A DNA stretch of 63,386 nucleotides, filler included, from Collodictyon triciliatum (lineage: Eukaryota), in NCBI GenBank assembly GCA_043381765.1. It is 29 parts of 29 records of this genome, joined end to end, with 100 filler letters (N's around TTAATTAATTAA, not from the genome) between each part and the next. Parts side by side here need not be neighbours in the genome. Positions count along the whole stretch, not along the records: positions 26,312 to 28,401 come from JBHJMP010009536.1; positions 28,502 to 30,588 come from JBHJMP010009537.1; positions 30,689 to 32,776 come from JBHJMP010009538.1; positions 32,877 to 34,964 come from JBHJMP010009539.1; positions 35,065 to 37,152 come from JBHJMP010009540.1; positions 37,253 to 39,340 come from JBHJMP010009541.1; positions 39,441 to 41,528 come from JBHJMP010009542.1; 22 more parts are not named here. One strand, written 5' to 3'. How positions within the stretch are numbered: position 1 is the first letter of the stretch; the number at the start of each line of letters is the position of its first letter. Positions 27,435-41,628 of this stretch are shown here, one piece after another. The notes below the pieces were generated by a model. The model saw only the letters and a list, made by a program, of their open reading frames with translations. It had not been told where the DNA came from and searched no databases. The position numbers and the translations under genes were made by a program.

Positions 27435-28901
27435 GAGGCTTGATATCAAGCAAAACAGATATCAGAATCTCAAATGATATCTTCAAAATCATTACATCCA
27501 TATGGACACCATTCTCGCTCAAGCAAGCTGAAATAAAATCAATAAGTCCGAATCAAAAATGATAGTATAAATCAAAAGTGGTTTCTTCTTTTTTTTATAA
27601 ACTGGGGGTGTTAAATCAAAGTTTCCAGTTTGTATTTGACTTTTACTTCAAGAAGGTTGAACTATACGAGGGAAGGTCAAGGGAACATGGTGGAAAGCAA
27701 ACGTAAGTATGAAAAACTTATTAGTAAAGGCGATTCCTAGAAAGGAATCAGTGACAGCGAGTTTGTTGTGCGAGAATGGCAACAGGTTGGTTGAATGTGA
27801 AGGTATAAGGGACTGTGATGTGATGACGGATATCTTACGACGCTTTCCCAAATCTCCCTTGTCCCATGAACCACACGCGCACCTTTTCATAGCTCTCTGT
27901 CGGAATTATTGAGTAGTAGGGTGCAGTGTTTCGGGAATAAGCTGAAATATTCGGGCTTGCTTTCAGCTTTTGGCTATCGGTAGGCCTATCATGTCTGTGG
28001 TTTACGGTCCATCCACTCATTTTCCCCAGTTTTTAAGGATTCAGGCTGATAAATCTACATCTAAAAAGCTTGGAATGAGACATTTTTATTTCATTCCAAC
28101 AGTTTATTGAGAGAAAACAAAGCCGAGGAACCCGCCTTCGCCTCTAGGACAAGAAATGAGCTGTGGACGAGAATGTGGAAAACTCTGGATTGTGTGGCTG
28201 GAGTTTTTATGTTTTGTGTCTTGGGTGAAAAGAAAAGAAAAAGAAAGAGAAAAAGGAAAAGAGAGAAAGTGTTCTCACACGCAGACTATTCTACCATAAG
28301 TGGTTCAAATCCAACGCGATTTCTGGGTGCATTAAGGACTGAAAGAAGAGCGGATAAAGTTGTCGGGTCGATGAAAGTACGCACATGGCAGCTACTTCTC
28401 ANNNNNNNNNNNNNNNNNNNNNNNNNNNNNNNNNNNNNNNNNNNNTTAATTAATTAANNNNNNNNNNNNNNNNNNNNNNNNNNNNNNNNNNNNNNNNNNN
28501 NAACCCCAATAAAAAACCCCAATAAAAAACCCCAATAAAAAACCCCAATAAAAAACCCCAATAAAAAACCCCAATAAAAAACCCCAATAAAAAACCCCAA
28601 TAAAAACCCATAAAGCTAATAAAGCTAATAAAGCTAATAAAGCTAATAATAATAATCATGTATCCCGACAAACATACCAGTAATAAAAACAATAATTTGT
28701 TGTACCAATATATCTACAACTACTTTTATTCCCACTAGAAAAGAAATAATAATTTACTATGTTCTCCGTTTCGCTTCAAAATAGTTCATCTTTTCTTTTA
28801 TCAAAGACCAAACAATTTTGAATTATTCACACATTCGGTTTTGAATTGATTTTTCTCTAACTTTATATATCACATATTTTCCCCTTACTACTTCACAGCC
28901 C

Positions 28902-30287
28902 GTGATTTATTATTTTGATACAATCCAACAGATATCGGATGTTTGTGAGGCGGCAGATATGGAATTAAAATCCACCTTTCTCAAGTCTAGCCATCAGCAT
29001 CGCATTATTCTGGATATGGTACTCGCCGAGGTAGGACTATACACCTATTTGCGTACTGGGATGAATACGAATTTTTTTTTCACACACCCTATCGTTGAGT
29101 TTTACATAGCATGCATGACAATATCTTATCTATGCCGATGTAAATCATTTGATTCTCACCCACTTAATTCTAATCAGCTGAATGGATTGAGACAAGAAAA
29201 TCTGAAGCAGATTTCCCTCCAGGAAGCACAGGCCCGCATAATCATCAAATCGACAAACTGGAGAACCGCTAAAACCACACAACAAAAGTACAAACAATTG
29301 TTGGCTTCGAGTATCAACTTGCCTAAGAGCGGGTATGTCCGCAGAATTCACCTACAAAAAATTAAATCCATCTCCTTGCTTCCTGATACATCGGAAGGTA
29401 TACTGGAAGCGGACTTCAAAGTGCTGTCCATGGGTTATCCGTTTCTTGAATGGCCCAAACGATTCGATCAGCAGCCTAAAATCATACTCACTTCGGGCCT
29501 AAAATCGGAAGGCAAGATCGAGCTGAAATTCCCTTGGGGACTATCGTATCATCACAACACTGGGGAGCTTTACCTGTCAGAGAATGACGGAGGAGGTGTT
29601 CGAGTGTTTGACCAAAATCTTTGTCCGATTCGTTTCATAACCGACCAAGACAACAAGACCCTCAAAAGAATTATTGGGGCTTGGGGCAACGCTATTTCCC
29701 CAGATGGCTCCCGCATTGTCGTTATAGAGTACAACCGCCAATCAGGTCGGCTTCTGGGCATCGACGGGAAATTCATCTCAGCCATAGAGGAAATGACACC
29801 TGATGGAAAGCTTAGCAACCCTTTCAATGTGGCTTTTGACTCAGCTGGTTTCTTTTACCTAACAGACAGTAACAATAACCGAGTTGTCAAGTACTCACCC
29901 TCCGGGCAATATGTAAGTTCATTCTGGTGTAAAGTGGGGCCCTACCCATTACGTCGCCCGTGTGGCATTACGGTAACTGATGACGATATCATTCTCGTTT
30001 CTCCGTATGGAGGAGGGATTCTATACAGTTTTGATACCGAAGGGAACGTGCTTCGCATATATGATAATGTCATCGAAAAATGTACACTAGCCAACTACTT
30101 GAATCGTGGCGCGGATGGAGGATTCATTTACAGCGACTTTGGAAACGGGAAAGTGACGTGTTACTCGAGGGATTTCCAAGTTGTTGGCGAGATACTTCTT
30201 TCTCATCCTGTGGGTGTGGCGCTAGGTACTGAGGGCAGATTATACATCGCCCAGGGATACAATAGCAAAGCTATATCGCTTTACTAA
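28902..30287 (+). CDS. NHL-repeat beta-propeller protein with upstream coiled coil (TRIM-NHL-like); probable in-frame intron 29031-29177
   Basis: LKFPWGLS, LSNPFNVAFDSAGFFYLTDSNNNRVVKYSPSG, LRRPCGITV, LSHPVGVA repeats. Confidence 0.85.
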   Translation: MIYYFDTIQQISDVCEAADMELKSTFLKSSHQHRIILDMVLAEVGLYTYLRTGMNTNFFFTHPIVEFYIACMTISYLCRCKSFDSHPLNSNQLNGLRQENLKQISLQEAQARIIIKSTNWRTAKTTQQKYKQLLASSINLPKSGYVRRIHLQKIKSISLLPDTSEGILEADFKVLSMGYPFLEWPKRFDQQPKIILTSGLKSEGKIELKFPWGLSYHHNTGELYLSENDGGGVRVFDQNLCPIRFITDQDNKTLKRIIGAWGNAISPDGSRIVVIEYNRQSGRLLGIDGKFISAIEEMTPDGKLSNPFNVAFDSAGFFYLTDSNNNRVVKYSPSGQYVSSFWCKVGPYPLRRPCGITVTDDDIILVSPYGGGILYSFDTEGNVLRIYDNVIEKCTLANYLNRGADGGFIYSDFGNGKVTCYSRDFQVVGEILLSHPVGVALGTEGRLYIAQGYNSKAISLY

Positions 30288-30847
30288 ATAAAGCTCTTAA
30301 GCGAATACTCTATCTATCCGTCTAGCGTCTATTCATTTATGCGTTTATCCATCTATTCATCTTATGAAGTGTGAAGACAAACATGTTTATTACGTTGAAC
30401 TCAAAATAATTGAAACTACTATGCTATTCACAATAAACAATGTCATTAGCCAAACAACGTAATTATAATCGAAGAGAGAAAAAAAATATACATGAAAGAG
30501 GACTAAACAACTGAATTTTTTTTTTGCTCTTATGTTCAGAAGATCGAAAAAAAAGAACTACACGCGGCACATGTATTTTTCTTTAGGGNNNNNNNNNNNN
30601 NNNNNNNNNNNNNNNNNNNNNNNNNNNNNNNNTTAATTAATTAANNNNNNNNNNNNNNNNNNNNNNNNNNNNNNNNNNNNNNNNNNNNGCTTTTTCGGAC
30701 ATATATTTTTTAAACTTTGTTTACCTTCATAGTAAGTGAAAGGAAGAATGTCTTTTCCAGTCGGAATGAAGTTGAAACCATATTTCACTTTTCTTCAACA
30801 CTCTTGACTAAACAGCCCTGGTTGATAAACCCTCACCTCTTTTGCAG

Positions 30848-32776
30848 GAACAACCACAATCCTAAGTTTAACACAACTGTCCGCACAACCTATCACTTCG
30901 AGAAGGTTCTTATCTCGTTTCTCTTTTCTGTTTCTGATTTCTGTTTTTTTTCTTCTTCTGATTTCTGTTTTTGTTTCTATTTCTATTTCTATTTCTGTTT
31001 TCTGTTTTTGTTTCTTTATTCTTTATTTTTTAAGAAATTGACTTCTGAGTTGCCTTCATCCGCTTCATTCCATGTTCAAGTTGCCAAAGCTGAAGATCGC
31101 ATGCCACACTTACACTTCTCTCTTTTAAAAGCCGAACGCCCTCCGCATTGGCGTGTACGACCATGACGACTCAGATGAGAAGCTCAAGCACCAAGACTTC
31201 ATCGGCGAAGCTGTATGCTGTATATCACACAATTTTTATGTTTTTTTTAAATGTTTCCACCCAAATAGTATGTTAATATTCAACTCCATTATGCCCATGA
31301 AATTACAGTTTATCACTCTGGGCGAGCTGCTCTCTGCAAAAGGACAGACCCTTGAGCGCGAATTGAAGTATATTCTACTTTCTACCCAAATTTCCTATAA
31401 TTTATATCACGTTGCATGTTTATCTCTGGTTACAGTATGCTTCATTTCACATGATTGATTTACAAATAAAATCTTAGGAACCACGCTCGCGGGCAGACAA
31501 CATATGGCCATGTCACCGTAGCTGCTGAGGAGGCTCACGAGTCAAATGTCACCCTTGAGTATGAATTAATGAATATATTCAGTCTCCCTTTCAATTTTTG
31601 TAATCTGCTTTTGTTTGCTCGATTTTCATATCACCAGTCTTTCTCTATTCTATACTTCGGTTTATCGATCGAATCTAACTTCACCTCATCACAGACTCAC
31701 ATTCCATGGCGAGCATCTTGACAAGAAGGACATGTTTGGAAAAAGTGGTATGGTGTTTGATTTCAACAAATGAAGTCTTATGTATATCATAAAAAGGGTG
31801 ATTCACCTGTTTAATGTATAAACATATTTATTCGCGTTGGATATCAACGCGCGAATGAAGCTTTCGGTGTACAATTTTGATTTACTTTCCTCTTTATTCG
31901 ACTCAAAGAGGACTTTCTATACCTAATCATGACAAACAGACCCCTACCTTATCTTCTCTCGCAAACTTCCCGACGGAAACTACCAGATTGTCCACAAGAC
32001 CGAGTTTATTAGCAACACGCTCGATCCGTAAGCTGTCTTCTTAATTGCACCAATTTATTTACTTAATTTTTTTTACATCAAGTTCCTATGTCTGCAAGTT
32101 ACATGGTTATATTCTTTATGAACATTCAAAGGATACTTAAACCTTAGAACCACTTAATGATTTAGCTGGTTTATAGGAAGTGGGCTACATTCGAAATCAC
32201 TGTCCAAAGCCTATGCAACGCTGATTATCATAAGCTTGTCAGGGTAAACCTTTGCAGCTCCAAATAGCCTAGTCTTTTTTTTTTTTTTTAAAAAAAAACT
32301 ATGAAATGTCCCTTAGAAAGCAGTGTTGATAGACCAACGGATAGCTTATTCACTTCACCGAATATTTATTCAATCGACATTTCTCTCTCTTCCATTCTTT
32401 ATACCCTAATGATAACTGTTTCCTGACTTCGTACCCAATCTGCCTTCTTTTCTTTTTCTTTTTTGAAAAGGTTCAATGCTTTGATTATGATGCTGTAGGA
32501 GAGCATGACCATATTGGAGAGTTTGAGGTTTGCAAGAAAACCCATTTAATGTTCAGATTCAGAGCTACACTTTTCTTATTTTTCGGATGCTACAACATAA
32601 TCACATCAGTAACTTTGACATGTCATTCTCTCTCTCTTTCTTCTATTTCCTCCTACTTTACATTTATCTGTGTTTGTCTTTTCTTTTGATGTGAACTACA
32701 GGTCCCAGCCGGCGAATTCACAAAGCCGGGGTCGTTCGAACTTATCAACCCGAAGAAGAGAGGAAAGTCTGGATAC
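30848..32776 (+). CDS. Copine (tandem C2 domains), internal exons
   Basis: NNHNPKF...YHFEK, GVYDHD...HQDFIGE, TLGELLS, HLDKKDMFGKS|DPYL, VHKTEFISNTLDP, QSLCNAD, CFDYDAVGEHDHIG, FELINPKK. Confidence 0.92.
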
Positions 32777-32876
32777 NNNNNNNNNNNNNNNNNNNNNNNN
32801 NNNNNNNNNNNNNNNNNNNNTTAATTAATTAANNNNNNNNNNNNNNNNNNNNNNNNNNNNNNNNNNNNNNNNNNNN

Positions 32877-32934
<58 letters not shown>

Positions 32935-33022
32935 AATATACAAACCCAGATATTCAACAAATATTGCATTCAAATTGATGGAAAATTATACATCAGAGGC
33001 AACAGCAGAGTTGAATTCATAC

Positions 33023-34701
33023 ATCACCATAGCGCAGCATAGGTATCGTAATAATCGGAAGCGTGCCTTATCAGCAAACAGCGAGTCCCATACCCTGATT
33101 GTGTCAGGTAATTGAAACTCCTGGGCAAGAAGGAGGGTGAACCAACGAACAGCATAAAACTGAGGGCTGAGTCCCATTCCATTCTGTTGAAAAAAAATTG
33201 TTAAATTGGTTGTATCTTCCTTTTGGTGAATAACCACAGAAATCTGGTATGTTCTCTATGTCTGAATAAGAGATGTATTAATAATGACTCGATATTTTCA
33301 ATAGAATATATTTTAGTTCTACCAAATAGTCCCATATCTCTGGATCCTGTTTTTTTAACAATCTTTCAAAAGAGTCCACACGAGACATGATTCCGCCAGA
33401 AGAATCATCGACTTCTTTCATAAAGTTGTCCCTAAGCTAAAATTTTGGTACTTGGACATTAGTGAAGTTTTTTTATTTCTTATTTTTTTTATAAAAAAAA
33501 AATATAAAGTCTGCGCTCAAGTAGCATAAATAGTTGTCGTGTCAAATTGCAAAATTTAGAATAGGTCTTGCTTTACTATCAAAGAAGTAATTGCAACTGC
33601 ATACCTCGTGCATTCTAATTGCAAAGAAACAAGAAAAAAAAGACATATGGATTTTTCAATTCAATTCTGCGTAATGTAACACACCTCGCTCATTAAATTA
33701 CTGAAACAATAAAATGCGTCAGCTTCAATATCCTCGATCTCAGCTTCAGGACTTCCTCTCGACATAACGTAGAAAATGGGTGCCAGAATTTGATTCATCC
33801 CTTTGCGCCACAATGATAGAGCAAACCCCGTGAATTAACAACAGTGATATTCTTCGTGAAGGATGAATGGTAACATATACTGGATACATGCACATAGCCA
33901 TAGATATCCAAAAAAATTATTTCTTTTCTGTTTTGATTGGATCAGTGGTTTTACCTTGGACATATTTGATTCCAGAATTCAATCGAGCATAAATGAAAAG
34001 AATTCTCTTAATTCCGACAAGAGCATCATATATGCCGTCCTCATCATCGCTGGGCGTTTCACTTTTGTTGGAATGGGCATCATATTTTACAGTAAATTAA
34101 TGCGCAAACAAATAATCAAGTAAATAATCTATTTTATCATAACATTGAAAAGGACCACCAATCTACTCTGCCGCAATATCTTACCCCAAATTCAAATTTT
34201 AATTTTGATAGGATCGATTTACGATATTTGATGATACCTAAACTGGCCCCTTGAACCCAGGAGCTGGTTGAAAAAGTGGAGCTGTGGTAAAGTTCGCCGC
34301 ACGTCTGTCATTGCAGAGGAATTAGAGCGGGAATGTACATGAGTGAGTGAATGTTTGCTAAGTATCAACTTTTGGGAGAAAAATTACCCAAACAAAATAA
34401 ATAATTGAAGTAAACCTTTATCAATCTCATACAAAATTTCTCTGTCTGCAAAGAATCTTCCCCATATGCCGCGAGTATCAGTGGCAAGAGGCTTACGAAG
34501 TTGTTTTTAAAGAAAAAGGGAAATCGCGATAATTAGAAGAATATTTCAAAGGATGAGTAATATTTGCTCCATTTTGAATCGAATTTAGAAGAAAATAATC
34601 ATATATGCTCCCTCAATCTAGATGGTAACATAAGATTGGTGGATATTGAAATTATTTACGTGGTCCTCTTCATTAATTCTATGAACTGGGAGATTGGACC
34701 C
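33023..34701 (-). CDS. TBC-domain Rab GAP, TBC1D13-like, internal exons
   Basis: EIDK|DVRRTLPQLHFF, RILFIYARLNSGIKYVQG|MNQILAPIFYV, EADAFYCFSNLMSE|LRDNF, PQFYAVRWFTLLLAQEFQLPDTIRVWDSLFAD. Confidence 0.9.
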
Positions 34702-34860
34702 TAAATCAATTGTATTCTAGATGCAGTTGAACAAAGGAAATTCAAAAATAAGACTAAGATATATCTTTTATTGTTGACAGACTGTCCTTTCTACCGTATT
34801 TATCCAATTTTTTTTTGTTTTTTTTGTTTTGTTTGTTATTTTTGTTTTCATGTTTTTTTT

Positions 34861-34964
<104 letters not shown>

Positions 34965-37048
34965 NNNNNNNNNNNNNNNNNNNNNNNNNNNNNNNNNNNN
35001 NNNNNNNNTTAATTAATTAANNNNNNNNNNNNNNNNNNNNNNNNNNNNNNNNNNNNNNNNNNNNAAGAAAAAGAAAAAGAAAAAGAAAAAGAAAAAGAAA
35101 AAGAAAAAGAAAAAGAAAAAGAAAAAGAAAAAGAAAAAGAAAAAGAAAAAGAAAAAGAAAAAGAAAAAGAAAGAGAAAAAGAAAGAGAAAAAGAAAGAGA
35201 AAAAGAGAGAAAAGATTTTTGGCAAATATCTCCGAGGAACAATGTCCCCAAGTGACAGCCACACTTTTCTCGAAAGGTTGCTCCAGCCACCCACTAATTT
35301 TAGGGGCGAATGCACCAAAGCGCCCGAACGGTGGCGCCGTGCGTATACATATATATAAAAGGAAACAAAAGGGACTAAGCCCAAAGCCTTCAAAGGGAGT
35401 AGGATGTGTTTGCTGGGGCAGTGCAGATTTTTTACAATAACAGAGTATCAGCGGAACACAAACCCCAAGCCCGTCAAATCAGCAAGTTGGACACATAGCC
35501 AATCAGCATTTTTTACTGGGACATGAAAGCTTTAGTGAGTTAATTTTCATATAAAAACACAATCACAGTTCTAATGATGGGCAAAACTTTTTCTTTTTTT
35601 CTAAAAAAACAACAACAGGAAATGATTGAAAGTCGCCCAAAGTTACACTGTGAACAACCGTATCGAAGCATAATGGTGTATTCTATTGCGAATACATGGG
35701 CTCACGAACAATAGCATGGACATGCCTGTTACTTCTTTTGAAAGATTCAAAGCTTAAAAATTGCACGAGATAAATATGCGTTTTCCTAGAAAATAAGAGT
35801 TTTCGAAAATGCGATAAAATAAACGAGTTCAAGAGTGCGTGAGAGAACTGCCCTTTACAGACGATGAAATGATTAAAAAAAAAATAATTAATTGATGGCA
35901 ACCATACCGACATTGGCTCCTGTAATTCTACTGCGTGTTTTCAATAATGTGACATAGATGGGTAACTGAAAAAGCGAGATAATAGTCCATTCTCTGGACT
36001 ATGACCTAGGTTTGACTGTAGCATCAGGCGATGGAGTCTCTATTTATCTCTTCAAACATCTCATAGATTCTGATGAGTGCAGCTACACTAGGGACGCTCC
36101 AAATCACTTACCCCATCATATTTCGAGTGTTTTTTCATGGAACAAGCGTATTGGTGTTTTCTTCAAATGGTTTTTGAAGATCTCAGACTTTTTGTATGGG
36201 CACATTACTGCTGCCTGACATCAGATTGCATATCAACATACCGGTACCTCAGGGAAGCTCTCTGTCAATCTTTATCTAGCATATAAGCGTCGAATAGCAG
36301 ATAAAATATGAGTAAACCGTATCTTCTGTTTATATAAAATTAAATCCTCGAAGTTAACTGCGCGAACAACTTCTTTTTCCATTTTTTTTTTTTTTTATTA
36401 ATGTTACTGTTGTTTTGATTGTTACTATTGTCAAGCGCTGGGTCTGCGCACGGAGCATGGAGTCATTTCCTCCCTCACGAGAGCTCTTCCTTCTGAGAAA
36501 CCCTAGAGCCACTGAAAGCTCTCAACTAGGGTCTCCCACCTGTTTCTGATGAGACCCTCTACGAGTCTACAACAGACAGGACGAAAGGGTTTCCGCCAAA
36601 CCAACACCCAAACGCCGCTGCCGAGATTGCGTGTTTTCAATGCAGGCGCCATTCCGCCCTCGAAGAGCACTTTCTTTGCGTACATATGAGTCAACAACCC
36701 CGAAGCCAGAACGGGCGACCGTTGAAGGCTGCAGGTCTCAGTCCAACACAACAGAAGCCTTCAAAAGCATTCGCCGCACAAACGAAAAGGAGAAGAGAGA
36801 AACGAGGGAAAGATGAAAGGAAAACGGAGGCGTGAGCAGGCTGCAAAGAAAGATCTTGACAGACTCTGGCATATCTATATCTCCTTTATATTTTCTTCTA
36901 TGATATCTTTTCTTCATTCATGGGTTTCTCTCAAGCTAAACTGAGTCTCTTTGGAAGGATCGCGTAGGATTATGCTGCTTGGTCTGCTTTCTCGGGCGAA
37001 CAGCTCCCAAATGAAGGCGTAATAACTGAGGATCGCTGCCAGACTCAC

Positions 37049-37151
<103 letters not shown>

Positions 37152-37744
37152 TNNNNNNNNNNNNNNNNNNNNNNNNNNNNNNNNNNNNNNNNNNNNTTAA
37201 TTAATTAANNNNNNNNNNNNNNNNNNNNNNNNNNNNNNNNNNNNNNNNNNNNAAAGAATCAAAAGAATCAAAAGAATCAAAAGAATCAAAAGAATCAAAA
37301 GAATCAAAAGAATCAAAAGAATCAAAAGAATCAAAAGAATCAAAAGAATCAAAAGAATCAAAAGAATGAAAATAATGATCCAATAATTATTAATTCAGTG
37401 ACTTTATATGGTTTCTTCATCTTTATTACGAATAAAAGGGACCCACTTGAGAAAAATTCTCACTGATAATATTTATTCCCATTGAGTATACATCAAAGCT
37501 TAAAATATGAATTTTTTCGGTTGGATAATAGTTCTTATCATTCCCAAATAGAATCGACATAATTACCGTGTTTATGGTAATCTAAAGATAAGAACCTAAT
37601 ATTTATCCATGTCTTCAAATTAAAAATTAAAAATTGTCTTTAAATAGAAACCTGATCCGGGGGTGACTCTCGGGATTCGATGATAGCCTTTTAATTGAAA
37701 AATGAATATACGATCAATCATTTGATTATATGATAAATTAGCAT

Positions 37745-38570
37745 ACCATGGCTACATTGCGCACTTGACAATTGTCTTTGATCCCGTTAGATGAGAACTC
37801 GTAAAGAGATGAGCTAAGGTTTATAGGCCATGTGCATCCGAACAAAATATCAGGAAATTGGGGTGTATAGTGACCCACTGGTGCAACTGCACAACCACCT
37901 TTTCCTTTCTCAAAAAGCCCCTGGTTTGTATTACATTTTTTTATAATTATCTACTGCATTAACACTTAGAATATGAATTTTCAAACCCAGTGGTATTCGA
38001 ACGGGATATTGCAATCATACGGACAGGAAGAATTTCCCCAACCAGATTGGATGTAAACTGAATTATCAGGTTTGTTTTCACATTTGTACAAATCCTAGTC
38101 ATTATGAAAGAAGAGTCATTGTTGAATAGAATGAAGGAAAAAATAATGAGGAGTTGGTATTTATCTGTAAATGATTCATTTTTTAATCAATATTGCCTCG
38201 ACTCACTAAAAATTTTAAAAGTAAATCTATTTAAAACTTTAAATCAACGAACATTAACAGATATTCCAGCAGGGGACCAATAACCGACAGGGGCTGCTAC
38301 ACATGACCATATTGGAAAGAACACACCAGGTGAACTTTTGCAATAATAACTATGTAATTTTATTAAATTAATATACTGCATAGCAAATAATATGAAAGTA
38401 TAATATCAAAAAATAAAAATTCAAGAAAATTTAAAATTTATAATGTATGAAATATTTAAAAATAGTGGGTCATGTAAATATGAAAACAAGAGGACAATCA
38501 AATAAGAGGACCCCCAAGCAGTACAAGTTTGACATATACCCGAAGTTTGGTATTTTGGAAAATCTGTAAT
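37745..38570 (-). CDS. Hypothetical Cys-containing extracellular protein, several small exons
   Basis: Similar exons GCAVAPVGHYTP and SCVAAPVGYWSP, plus GICQTCTAW. Boundaries approximate. Confidence 0.35.
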
Positions 38571-39178
38571 TGATATTAGATGAACTGTGTTGTCAAAATC
38601 AATAAGATATACCGACTAGTCACAAAGAGAGATGTATTAATTCATAACTATATATTTTTTCCTACCAAAATCTCGTTCTTTGTTAAATTCCTTTGATTTG
38701 TTACTGTAAATAACTGTCAATTGTTTCCTAGAATCTGCTATCATGAAAAATAAATAAATACATATTTTTAAATATCGTAAATAAAATACTCACTCTTATC
38801 TAATTGTTTCAGATTATTCAAAAACAAAGAGAATCCATCTCCGAAGGAAGACTCTGATGCAAAGCTATATTTGCTGTCTGCAGATATGTAGTAATCGCAT
38901 TTTCTGGTTTCATTCCATAAATGGTCACATTGTGCAGGAAAACGAGTTTCGAATAAACTGGCGTTCTACAGAATATCAATTTTCAGTGGCTGTATTTTTC
39001 AATTTTTTTTTAAAAAAAATGAAGATCCTTCAACATACCATTTGTTCGATTAGGTGGGGCTCAAAAGAGAATCTGGCATTGTAGAGTCCTTTTTTCTTCC
39101 AGATGAAGAAGCATGTAGAAATTTCAGACAGGGTGTCCTAACAATAAGTATAGGGTAGTCAAATAATTATGTGTTGCC

Positions 39179-39250
<72 letters not shown>

Positions 39251-39556
39251 AAAAAAAAAAAGAAAAAGAAAAAAAAAAAGAAAAAGAAAAAGAAAAAGAA
39301 AAAGAAAAAGAAAAAGAAAAAGAAAAAGAAAAAGAAAAAGNNNNNNNNNNNNNNNNNNNNNNNNNNNNNNNNNNNNNNNNNNNNTTAATTAATTAANNNN
39401 NNNNNNNNNNNNNNNNNNNNNNNNNNNNNNNNNNNNNNNNTCTCTTTCTTTCTCTCTTTCTTTCTCTCTTTCTTTCTCTCTTTCTTTCTCTCTTTCTTTC
39501 TCTCTTTCTCTCTTTCTTTCTCTCTTTCTTTCGCACACACACACACACACACAAAG

Positions 39557-40492
39557 GCTATACTTTTGGCCCGCATCAAAGAGCTGGAGGAAAGAGTTTA
39601 TGCCACCCATATGAAATATCAAACCCTCTCGAATGTGGTAAAAACTTTGTCTGAACAGGAATTTCTTCAAGAGCTGAGGTCCTTTTCATATTCCACTAAT
39701 CACTATACACAAATTCTATTCGTATGTGTACATTATTTATTTGATTGGCTGCATTAAGTGATAGTAATACCACTGTAAAAATCAGCCTCTCAATGCACCA
39801 ACTGGGTTCCACCGAAGAACAAGTAGTCTATGCTGAGCAAAGATATTCTAATGCCGTCAAACAGCGAAATGTACTCGATTCAGAATACCAGGAGATGAAA
39901 GCAGGTGATTTCCAAATATAATTATCTCTTACCATAACTTTACGTTTGTCTTTTCCTTGCACTGTATACGCCTGAACTGCTATGTATTACAGATTATCAG
40001 CAAAAGTATGAAAATCTATCACGAAAAATATTCATGTATGAGAACGAAAACCTTGCGATTAACAAGACCATGGAAACATTGTTGGCTACAGACTCAATCA
40101 TGTACTACCAAGTCATACCATATTTTTTTTATTTGCAAGTATCATGTGTAGACAATCCATTTCTAATCATGTGGTGAAATAAACTTCTTGTAAGGGCCAT
40201 TCATCTCAGCCTACAACTAACTAAATCATCGAACAGGCCAAAGCGAGAGGCTAATGTTGTTGGTCAGCATGGAAATACTGGAAATAGTGGGCGGCGAGGT
40301 TTCTTCAGATTTCGACGAAGCAAAAAGAGTCAACACGAAAAAGGGCACGAGCACGGACACGGACATGCTCATGAAGATACTGCGAGCGTCCACGATGGCT
40401 CCGTTCACTTCTCTGAATATCCTGTCTGTGCTTCAGACACTCAATCTGAGACCAACTTCGGGAAAAGATACTCTGTCGTAGACAAGAAGTAG
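39557..40492 (+). CDS. Hypothetical coiled-coil protein 3' end
   Basis: Exons LARIKELEERV..., YAEQRYSNAVKQRNVLDSEYQEMKA, DYQQKYENLSRKI..., last exon ...HEKGHEHGHGHAHED...VDKK*. Confidence 0.4.
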
Positions 40493-41628
40493 AAAGTTTG
40501 TCCTCAAATAGAAAGGCAAATAAAACCACGCTACGCGTTTCTCAATCAAAATCAAAATCAAAAAATTGGTGCCAAAAATTGGTGCTTCTCTATTTCCGCC
40601 CTCTTTCCTATGGGAAAAGACGCGTGTAACCAATGAAAAGAGTGAATATATACTGAATCAAACAATGTCGAAAGTAAATATTCGAAAAAAGCCTGCTAAA
40701 ATCTAATGGCATTTTGGAATTGCCAACCCTCCACTTTCTGATATGCAGATGAGCTCTATAAATGTTCTCGGCGATTGCTGCAGCGTATGATGTCCATCCA
40801 GCGGCAGTATATATTTATGTTGTAATATATATACGGAAACTTGCACACAGGAGCATAACGCACAACGAAAGCATCTGATTATATATAATATCCAGATCTG
40901 AACATTCTCATCCGTACCTAATGAAGCGTTTTGAAGCATTTCCGTTACGATTAGCGTTACTGTGGTGCGTGTGGTGCATTTCCGTTACAAGTATGCCATA
41001 TGCCAATACGCCACCCATTCGAAGACCGGAGGGAATGAACAAGCCCCATGCACGAACCCAAGAAGTGTGCTGTGTGAATCGAGCAGCCAGTCCATCGAGT
41101 GGGATACTCAATACCAATACCAATACCAATACCAACACTATAGCCAAAGAACAGCACCAGTACTGATAATGAAAACAAGACCAAGAGGGGAGTAAAAGAA
41201 GGTATCGAGGCAGGAGGCGCGCAAATGACCTTGAGTTTTTTTTTCCTTATCACTTTTATTCGATTCAAGGGGAGTGGGTTTGTACTGGGGTGGCATTGGT
41301 ATTGAGATTTGGTTTGGTTCATTTCATCAGGAAAATTATGGCGATAACGTTTATAGGCCTTGCCTTGATTTTCATCCTTTGGGGTATGCCGGCGCTGGGA
41401 GGGAGTTGGGGCCTGTGAAAAACCTCTTCTTTCCTTCTTTCCTTCTTTCCTTCTTTCCTTCTTTCCTTCTTTCCTTCTTTCCTTCTTTCCTTCTTTCCTT
41501 CTTTCCTTCTTTCCTTCTTTCCTTCTTTNNNNNNNNNNNNNNNNNNNNNNNNNNNNNNNNNNNNNNNNNNNNTTAATTAATTAANNNNNNNNNNNNNNNN
41601 NNNNNNNNNNNNNNNNNNNNNNNNNNNN

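Noticed and set aside
41055-41100. LDGLAARFTQHTSW as a CDP-alcohol phosphotransferase motif
   Set aside because: I could not find the rest of the motif (GxxxDxxxD) in a plausible next exon.
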